Shown here one piece after another: positions 8,930 to 15,421 of a stretch of DNA of 15,421 nucleotides. The notes under the pieces were generated by a model, which saw nothing but the letters and a program-made list of their open reading frames with translations, did no database searches and was not told where the DNA came from. The DNA lies in the IMG/VR virus record IMGVR_UViG_2061766007_004178. The stretch is one strand, 5' to 3'. Each line of letters opens with the position of its first letter. Positions within the stretch are counted from its first letter, which is position 1. The translations under genes were made by a program, and so were the position numbers. Origin of the DNA: an uncultured virus (IMG/VR IMGVR_UViG_2061766007_004178). Lineage: Duplodnaviria; Heunggongvirae; Uroviricota; Caudoviricetes.

Positions 8930-10097
8930 AGCAAATGAACTTGCCTAAGTTGAAATCGGCCTTATAGACCAGCTTTCCGGTTCCGCCGTCTCTCGATTTG
9001 GTGATATCCATGATCAGGCGGTCGTCTTTGACCCTGGTCTTCTCTTTGTCCTCGTATTCGCGCTCTCTGTCGAGCATGATTACGCAAGTCGCGTCTTGGC
9101 CGATGCGATCAGACAGACCGATTTGGGTCGTGTCTTTCTCGCCATCTTCGTTCTTGGTTCTGTTCATCTGAGCGACCGATATGATCGGGATGCGCTCCAT
9201 GACCTGAAGATTCTTGACAGCCTTCGAGATATTGGCGACCTTCTCATGCGTCGTCGTCGCTTTGCTCGTGTCTTCGAGCAAGGAGTATTGGTCGATGAAC
9301 AATATGTCGAGCTTCTCTTTGTCGACGAAGGCCTTGAGGGCCATTACTGTTGCAGGTCCGGCGATATCGTTAGGCGTAAGCACCTTTATCGTGCCGCCAT
9401 TATAAATATTCGTCTTCAAAGTCTCAAGATATCGCTTATATTGGGACTGGACTGAGGTGTCGATGCCTCTAGTGATGATATTGTTGTTGATGCCACCTAA
9501 GAGGGTGTCGAGACGATAGCCGACCTTATCGACGGCCATTTCGCCCGAATATATGCCGACCCTCAGGCCTTGCTTGGCTGCGCTTGCGGCCATGAGCAGC
9601 AACGTCCATGATTTGCCGATGCCGGTTCTGGCTGCGATGACCATGTTCTCATTCTCGCGGTCGATGCCGCCGATGATGCGATCCAGCTCATCGAAGCCGG
9701 TCCTGACGTAATATTTGTCGTGATTGGCGACCCTTTCGAGATAATGGTCGTATCTGCTGGTGTCTTGGAACAGGTCATGCGATTGGATGGCCGAGCCCTT
9801 ATGCAGGCCTTCGACCGCCTTCATCATGTAATCTTTGGCTTCGGCAGATTTGTCTTCTTCGACGAGCTTTTTGACGTTGTTGAACGTCGTGGCTATATAA
9901 TTCGTGTTGTAGTCATTATACAGCTGTTCGATCAAATAGCTATCCGGTTCATTGACGTCTTGGATGTCGAATTCGCGGAAGATGCCCAAAAACGTGAGCC
10001 TGTCTGGGACGGTTCCGTATTTCTCGTAGTGGTTCTTGATGTAGTTGAACTCGGCCTTGTAGTTGAAGAAGAAATCTTCAGTCAGATTGTTCAGCTC
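8930..10097 (-). CDS. dnaB: DnaB-family replicative helicase (both ends in gaps)
   Basis: TGFDELDRIIGG, AARTGIGKS (Walker A), YSGEM, LFIDQYSLL, VAQMNR, SDRIGQDA, ITKSRDG. Confidence 0.92.
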
Positions 10098-10392
10098 NNN
10101 NNNNNNNNNNNNNNNNNNNNNNNNNNNNNNNNNNNNNNNNNNNNNNNNNNNNNNNNNNNNNNNNNNNNNNNNNNNNNNNNNNNNNNNNNNNNNNNNNNNN
10201 NNNNNNNNNNNNNNNNNNNNNNNNNNNNNNNNNNNNNNNNNNNNNNNNNNNNNNNNNNNNNNNNNNNNNNNNNNNNNNNNNNNNNNNNNNNNNNNNNNNN
10301 NNNNNNNNNNNNNNNNNNNNNNNNNNNNNNNNNNNNNNNNNNNNNNNNNNNNNNNNNNNNNNNNNNNNNNNNNNNNNNNNNNNNNNNNNNNN

Positions 10393-10470
10393 CTGAACGA
10401 CGACAACCCAGAGTACAGCGCAAGCAGATACGAGATGCCTGCGTCTAACGCAGAAGGACAGAATTTCTAA
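10393..10470 (+). CDS. Probable C-terminal tail of the helicase on an inverted contig
   Basis: LNDDNPEYSASRYEMPASNAEGQNF-TAA overlaps the primase ATG (TAATG). This matches the helicase-primase order of the minus-strand operon. Confidence 0.55.
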   Translation: MNDDNPEYSASRYEMPASNAEGQNF

Positions 10471-10685
10471 TGAGACAGCTCATAGTGGGCAATTACGTGA
10501 TACATAAGCCGATTGAGGACATCCTGAACGTCTTGAGGATCACGTTGACTAATGGCAAGCTGAAAGACATCGAGGTCAAGTCTGATAACATCGTCGTGAC
10601 TTGCCCTGTCCACAGCGGAGGCCATGAGAATAAGCCTGCGTGCAATATCTATATTGGCGAGGACACGAAGCTGCCATACGGCTGG
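10470..10685 (+). CDS. dnaG: DNA primase N-terminal zinc-binding domain (inverted, misplaced contig)
   Basis: VTCPVHSGGHENKPAC...GW is the start of a CHC2-type Zn finger. It complements the TOPRIM half at 7238-7842. Confidence 0.8.
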
Positions 10686-10695
10686 NNNNNNNNNN

Positions 10696-11355
10696 GTAAC
10701 GTTTGTCGGCCCCATGGAGCTCGACGTCGATGGATTTGTTGCATATTCTGCTCGCCAAACGCTCCCCAAGGGCGTTTTCGAGCTCTTTTTTGCCTAAATT
10801 AGACGTGAAAATGTTGCTTTTTCCGGCGTCCATTCTGGTGTTTATTATATTTAATAGGTGATTCAGTTCGAATTCTGTGCCCATTTTCGTGGCTATGTCG
10901 TCCCAAACGACCAAATCGACGTCTAAGATATGCTTATTCACCTGATCCGCATACTCGTTTTTGCCCGATATGCTCTCTTTCAAGGCCAATAAGTATCTAG
11001 GGACGCTCACGAAAATGCCTTGGCATCCGAAGTTCGAACGCGGCCAGACTTTGTTGAAATAGCTCTTGAGCAGCTTTATGCTCCAAGAGGTCTTTCCGTT
11101 GCCGCAGTTGTATGAATGTATATACAGGTTGGAACCGCTTTCGACGAACTTGTCCATGCGCTCTTCGATTTTCTTGAGCTTCTGGAATTCGTTCAGGTCC
11201 GTGCCGTCTTTGTCTACGAACAAAGGCTTGTCCTGGCGCTGCTTATCTGTCAGCAGCGACTTATCATATAGGCAGTCTAGGCGATATTTGCGCATGCAGA
11301 AATCTTTGTCGCAATCTATGCCGCTGCATTTGTTCTTATATGGGCATTCTGCCAT
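10696..11355 (-). CDS. dnaC: DnaC/IstB-like AAA+ helicase loader (stop in gap)
   Basis: N-terminal Cys cluster (CPYKNKC...C...C), LYIHSYNCGNGKT (Walker A), LVVWDDI (Walker B), INTR...SNIFTSN, GERLASRI, GADKR. Confidence 0.88.
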
Positions 11356-11916
11356 TTAATTGACTCCTGTGCTGCCTTTCCAGCCGTCGCCTCTGCTCGT
11401 TTTCTCAGTATAGAACTCCTCTGGGGTGACATCTCTCAAGATTTCGAGCGGGGCGGTATCGATCAAATGAGGGATGAACTGGATTACTTTCTTGCCGCAT
11501 TCGACGAATTGCCATTTGGTCGACGTATTGATCAAGTGGATATGCCATTCGCCTTGGTATGAGCAGTCGATTACGGACGCTCCGTAAACGAGTTTCTTGC
11601 CTGTAGCGATGCCTGATTTGTTGTTCGCAATCAGCGCGAGGTTCGGTCCGAACTTGCTCATGATGCCGCTGGGGATGATGACGTCGAAATGAGGCTTGAT
11701 CCAGATCTTTCCGGTCTCGTATTCGAAAACGACCGGATGCGAGCTGCTCGGACAATCCGGATCGCACGGAATCGGCGAAATATAGGCATAATGGTTCTTC
11801 TTGCTGAAAGAATTCCTGAAATCTTCTGTGTTCTCTGGGACGTAAAAATCGATGCCAGCGTTCTCTTTCTCGTCTCTGACTGGGTCTTTGACGTCTCTGG
11901 TCTTGATAATCTGCAT
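11356..11916 (-). CDS. dut: Trimeric dUTPase
   Basis: Motifs AGIDF, NKSG, VIDCSYQGE, KVIQF, RGDGWKGSTG. Likely start is ATG 11916 after GAAAGG. Confidence 0.9.
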   Translation of the reverse strand: MQIIKTRDVKDPVRDEKENAGIDFYVPENTEDFRNSFSKKNHYAYISPIPCDPDCPSSSHPVVFEYETGKIWIKPHFDVIIPSGIMSKFGPNLALIANNKSGIATGKKLVYGASVIDCSYQGEWHIHLINTSTKWQFVECGKKVIQFIPHLIDTAPLEILRDVTPEEFYTEKTSRGDGWKGSTGVN

Positions 11917-11947
11917 ATAGCGCTGCCTTTCTTCTAATAACTCAATA

Positions 11948-11956
11948 ATATTATAC
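11948..11956 (-). promoter_or_regulatory. Putative -10 element (GTATAATAT) for the replication operon
   Basis: TATAAT at 11950-11955, just after a terminator and about 35 nt before the dut start. Same 9-mer as upstream of SSB. No canonical -35. Confidence 0.55.
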
Positions 11957-11982
11957 AATAATATCCCGCGGAAAACTGGCGC

Positions 11983-12017
11983 AAAAATAAAATATCGCCC
12001 AAAACTTTGGACGATAT
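11983..12017 (-). terminator. Intrinsic terminator
   Basis: Minus strand ATATCGTCCAAA-GT-TTTGGGCGATAT inverted repeat (one G-U pair) followed by TTTATTTTT. Confidence 0.8.
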
Positions 12018-12042
12018 CTAACTTAAATGCAGACTTTGTACG

Positions 12043-12090
12043 AGTATCTTTGAAGTATCGTTCGTAATATCTTTTAAGCTAAATATCGTT
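12043..12090. repeat. Four direct repeats A(A/G)TATC(G/T)TT
   Basis: + strand copies at 12043 agtatcttt, 12054 agtatcgtt, 12066 aatatcttt, 12082 aatatcgtt. Two more copies at 7198 and 7211. Confidence 0.75.
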
Positions 12091-12127
12091 GATATTTTAT
12101 CTTAAGGAACGCTGTTCCGCGCTCATT

Positions 12128-12136
12128 TAATTTAGC
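12128..12136 (-). promoter_or_regulatory. GCTAAATTA motif, putative phage-specific promoter
   Basis: The identical 9-mer is at 13624-13632. Both are intergenic, in the same orientation, and just after a stop codon. Confidence 0.45.
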
Positions 12137-12141
12137 TGATT

Positions 12142-12513
12142 TTAAAGCTCGAAAATCGAGAGTTGGTCGAGCTTTTCGCAATACATTTCATCCAGCGCCT
12201 CGAAGGCTTCCATGAAGTCGAATGATTCGGTCTTCGGCGCTTCGTACGCGGCGACTTTGGCGCACTGCTCTTTGTATTTGTCGGAGAGCCTGATGGTCTC
12301 TATCTTGGCGAGCTCGTCGTCGGAGAGGTTCTTTAGATGCTCTTTGCAATCCGCCAGCGTCTTCAAACCGGTCGCGATGGACATGCCGCTCGCCTTATCG
12401 GTTATGTTCCAGCCGATGCTGGANNNNNNNNNNNNNNNNNNNNCGGTGACCTCTTTAAGCCCTACGTTGCGGGTGTCTATGACATAGGTCTTCAAAGCTT
12501 CGAAAAATTCCAT
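12142..12513 (-). CDS. Hypothetical protein with C-terminal QLSIF clamp-binding-like motif
   Basis: RBS AAGAGGAG; about 123 aa; ends KLDQLSIFEL. Confidence 0.75.
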   Translation of the reverse strand: MEFFEALKTYVIDTRNVGLKEVTXXXXXXXSSIGWNITDKASGMSIATGLKTLADCKEHLKNLSDDELAKIETIRLSDKYKEQCAKVAAYEAPKTESFDFMEAFEALDEMYCEKLDQLSIFEL

Positions 12514-12515
12514 GG

Positions 12516-13241
12516 TTACTCCTCTTTCACATTATCATACAGACCGTCGGTATCGTATTTGGTATGGTACTTAAGCGGGTCGAACAGCTTGGTGATGCAG
12601 AAATGCTTCTCAAGCTTGACTTTGACGTGGTTGATGGCCCTCCATCCGAGGAATGGGACCATATAGCCGACGACGTCGCAATGGTCGTAGAAATTATATA
12701 CGGCCTCGCAGCAAGTGCTGACGTATTTCCAGGTCCTCTTGCCGAAGAACGGCTTGACGGATCCGTAAGTATATAAGTAAGGCTTGACGCCGAATTTGAA
12801 ATAGATGTCCTCAGCGGCCAGCTGCGCGATGCCTGAACCGAGCGACCAGCCGAAAACCTCGATATAAGCCTTAGGATGCTTGAGCATCAGGTCTTTTATC
12901 TCATCTCTGACCATATCCTGTATAACCAGCCACATCCTGACCCAGCCGCCATGAGCGCGGATCTGAATGAGCTTGCCGTCGAACGTGAATTGATCGTAGA
13001 TTTTCTTAGGGAAATCGAAATTGACTATCCAATCCGATTTCTGGTAGGTCTGCTGGAAGATGGCCTGTATGCAGCCGCGCTTCTCATCGTACCTAACTTG
13101 ATAGTTGGCGTAGAATGTCTTGCCTTTGTACTGATATGGCACGTCTTTGTAGACAGCCAGCTCGAGGTCGGTCTCTTTCTTATTTCAGTTGTCTGAGCAG
13201 ATCGTGAAATAATCTTCGAAATTGAGTCTCTTATAGCTCAT
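12516..13241 (-). CDS. Class 3 lipase-like alpha/beta hydrolase; the likely true start (13241) requires decoding an in-frame TGA at 13185-13187
   Basis: SDW..NF, AHGGW, VFGWSLGSGIA (GxSxG), YTYGSVKP, DVV...P and a C-terminal His. ATG 13241 has a GGAG RBS, overlaps the upstream gene end, and is in frame with GTG 13142. Confidence 0.8.
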
Positions 13242-13607
13242 CTGACATCTCCCAATCCATATCGAACGGGTCCTCCTCGCCTAGTAGCTCATTTAGAGCC
13301 TCTTGTCTGTTCGAATAGACCCAGTCGATATTGTCGTATACCTCTTTGCGAAGCTCGTCGACGCGCGATTTCGCGGTCTCTCTGATGGCGAAATAGTCAA
13401 CGTTCGCTATCGTGATGTCGCTGTCGCTATGCCCGTAATATTCTTCCGAGAACGGATCGATCCCGCATTTGATCTGAATGGCGTAAAGATAGCGGCTGTC
13501 TTCCTTGACAAGCTCTTCGNNNNNNNNNNNNNNNNNNNNNNNNNNNNNNNNNNNNNNNNNNNNTTCATATGACGCGTCTGCTGTCTGATGAAATCCATGA
13601 TATCCAT
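13231..13607 (-). CDS. Hypothetical acidic protein (frame joined across an N gap)
   Basis: RBS GAGG, MDIMDFIRQQTRHM, then gap, then EELVKEDSRYLYAIQIKCGIDPF...DPFDMDWEMSDEL-TAA. Confidence 0.7.
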
Positions 13608-13623
13608 AAATCAGTACCTCGGA

Positions 13624-13632
13624 TAATTTAGC
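13624..13632 (-). promoter_or_regulatory. GCTAAATTA motif, putative phage-specific promoter
   Basis: About 16 nt upstream of ATG 13607 and just before its RBS. Identical to 12128-12136. Confidence 0.45.
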
Positions 13633-13645
13633 AAAATAAAAGAGC

Positions 13646-14434
13646 TTATTTGCTAAGCTCTATTAAATTGTCTATGACGGCTGTTCTCGTTAGAAGACCT
13701 ACACCACCTGGCACTGGGCTCTGGAACGCGACAGGCAATCCTGGGTCGCAGTCTCCGCAAAGCTTTCCGTCTTCGTCGACGTTGATGCCGACGTCTATGA
13801 CTATCGCGTCAGGCTTCAAGACTGCATCGCTCGTTATGGTATGCCTATGGCCGGTGGCCACGACGATGAGGTCGGCGTAAGCGAGATAGTGTATCTTGTC
13901 GATGGCGGTCGTCTTACTGTGCAGGACCGTGACGTTCATGCTTTCTTTGAGCAGCAATTGGGCCATCGGCTTACCGACGATATTGCTGCGTCCGATGACC
14001 ACGGCGTTCTTGCCTTGGAAATCGTAATGCATGTCCTTAAGATAATTATATATGCCGAGCGGGGTCGCTGGGACGGTCTTGGACAGCGGATGGAATCCGT
14101 CTATGTCTTTCTCCGGGGCGATGGCCAGCTTGACTTTCTCTTCGCTGATGCCTTCCGGAAGCGGGAGCTGAACAAGGTATCCAGTGACAGATGTGTCTTC
14201 ATTCAAGCCAGTCAGAAGCTTCAGCAGCGCCTCTTCGGTTATGTCTTCTGGAAGGTTGATTATCTCACAGTCGATGCCGACTTCGCCAGCGTCTTTGGCT
14301 TTATTCCTAACATAACGATCAGACGCCGGGACATGGCCAACCTGGACGATGACCATCTTCAGAGTGGCGTGCTGAGACAGCTCTTGTCTCAGTTTTTCTT
14401 TCTTCTCGGCGACGTATTCTTTAATTGTTTGCAT
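13646..14434 (-). CDS. folD: Bifunctional methylenetetrahydrofolate dehydrogenase/cyclohydrolase
   Basis: YVRNK, VQLPLP, PEKDIDGFHP, PATPLGI, GRSNIVGKP, DVGIN, GDCD, SPVPGGVG. RBS TAGGAG. Confidence 0.96.
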   Translation of the reverse strand: MQTIKEYVAEKKEKLRQELSQHATLKMVIVQVGHVPASDRYVRNKAKDAGEVGIDCEIINLPEDITEEALLKLLTGLNEDTSVTGYLVQLPLPEGISEEKVKLAIAPEKDIDGFHPLSKTVPATPLGIYNYLKDMHYDFQGKNAVVIGRSNIVGKPMAQLLLKESMNVTVLHSKTTAIDKIHYLAYADLIVVATGHRHTITSDAVLKPDAIVIDVGINVDEDGKLCGDCDPGLPVAFQSPVPGGVGLLTRTAVIDNLIELSK

Positions 14435-14443
14435 AATATTCTC

Positions 14444-14687
14444 CTACCATGCGACCATTATCTCTCGGTTGCTTGGATAATTGCATTTTACATCAAATCC
14501 CATAAATTCTAATTGCTTGACGATTCGCCAGACGAATGAGTCGTATTTATCTGGGATTCTATATAGCAGGTCTCTCTTGCCGCGGCTGGCTNNNNNNNNN
14601 NNNNNNNNNNNNNGTCCTTGGGTCTGCACCGGCCAATTTTCTGGCCTCTTTTGCAGTAATTTCCGTTTTCTTACGCATCGTCTTCAT
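14444..14687 (-). CDS. Small hypothetical phage protein
   Basis: MKTMRKKTEITAKEARKLAG, then gap, then ASRGKRDL...LEFMGFDV...IMVAW-TAG. Start is 14687 or 14678, overlapping the upstream gene. Confidence 0.65.
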
Positions 14688-15089
14688 GGTCCTCGATTTC
14701 GATGAAATCATATATTACATGGCGCTTCTTCCTGAACTTCTGGGCCAATGGCGTCCATTCTTCCCANNNNNNNNNNNNNNNNNNNNNNNNNNNNNNNNNG
14801 TGGAGATAGCCATCGTTATATGAATAATTGCCATAATACCACTTATTGTTCTTAAACAAGTAGTGCACGTCGACGTAAAACCACGTTTTGATGAAATCTT
14901 CTTCATTCAGCGCTCGTTTGACGATATTCGAATATCTGCCTTCCCAGCCCGATANNNNNNNNNNNNNNNNNNNNNNNNNNNNNNNNNNNNNNNNNNNNNN
15001 NNNNNNNNNNNNNNNNNNNNNNNNNNNNNNNNNNNNNNNNNNNNNNNNNNNNNNNNNNNNNNNNCTCCAATCAATGCTCTAGTTGCCAT
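14671..15089 (-). CDS. Hypothetical phage protein (MATRALIG...), joined across two gaps
   Basis: ATG overlaps the upstream stop (TAATG). One frame reads SGWEGRYSNIVKRALNEEDFIKTWFYVDVHYLFKNNKWYY...EDDA-TAA. Confidence 0.65.
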
Positions 15090-15409
15090 TATTCTCCGTC
15101 CTTCGGGTCGCCGAATTGCAAACCCATGTTATTTATCTCAGACCAAGGCGCCTGTCGTTTGTCGGCCGCCTCTTGGGCCATTTGCTCGGCCTCCATCTCG
15201 ACCTTCATGCGTTCTCTCGCGTCGGCCAGCTGATCGCCGCTGACGTTGCCGCCTTTGAAGAAACCGCAGAACGGGCATTTCCTGCCTAAGCGCTTCAGCT
15301 GCGATTTCGCGTAGTCGTCATATTGGTAATTGGCTTCGCTTTCGAGCGCGTAAAAGCTCTTACCGCAGCAGGGGCACTCGAGCTCCACTATCGCCTCGCC
15401 GGTCTTCAT
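15089..15409 (-). CDS. Zinc-ribbon hypothetical protein (may extend beyond the window)
   Basis: CPCCGK...CPFCG. The frame is open to the window edge. Confidence 0.7.
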   Translation of the reverse strand: MKTGEAIVELECPCCGKSFYALESEANYQYDDYAKSQLKRLGRKCPFCGFFKGGNVSGDQLADARERMKVEMEAEQMAQEAADKRQAPWSEINNMGLQFGDPKDGE

Positions 15410-15421
15410 GGCCAGCTCGGT

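Noticed and set aside
10393..10685. Helicase tail plus primase Zn finger on the opposite strand, suggesting an invertible switch or split primase
   Set aside because: The segment is bounded by N gaps, one exactly 10 N (placeholder-like). It fits naturally, inverted, between helicase (8930) and primase TOPRIM (7842). Mis-scaffolding is the simplest explanation, and no recombination sites are visible.
12043..12090. CRISPR-like mini-array
   Set aside because: The repeats are only 9 bp with 2-7 bp between them, with no spacer-sized units and no cas genes.
5412..14512. Numerous plus-strand ORFs in the track (e.g. 5417-5905, 9720-10448, 13841-14512)
   Set aside because: They are antisense shadows of well-supported minus-strand genes or are mostly N, with no recognisable motifs.

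Overview
A gapped (N-rich) scaffold segment of a large tailed-phage genome with Bacillota/Mollicutes-style RBSs and ~50% GC. Almost all genes are on the minus strand. Reading right to left: small hypothetical genes, FolD, a class-3 lipase-like hydrolase, an AT-rich repeat/terminator region, then a complete replication-recombination operon (dUTPase, DnaC-like loader, DnaB-like helicase, primase, gp32-like SSB, family A DNA polymerase, beta sliding clamp, RecU, UvsY-like protein, RecA). The most unusual element is the polymerase, which is encoded in three pieces. The N-terminal gene ends in a non-catalytic intein(Hint)-like domain. A 20-codon ORF with its own RBS carries the catalytic motif A aspartate (GSDYSA-stop). 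The rest of the enzyme continues in another frame, and it can be joined exactly by a 5-nt matched-codon hop (GCT-TA-GCT) inside a hairpin. The lipase gene has an in-frame TGA and none of 16 visible gene ends uses TGA, which hints at UGA reassignment. Two small contigs (SSB middle; helicase end plus primase start) appear misplaced by scaffolding.
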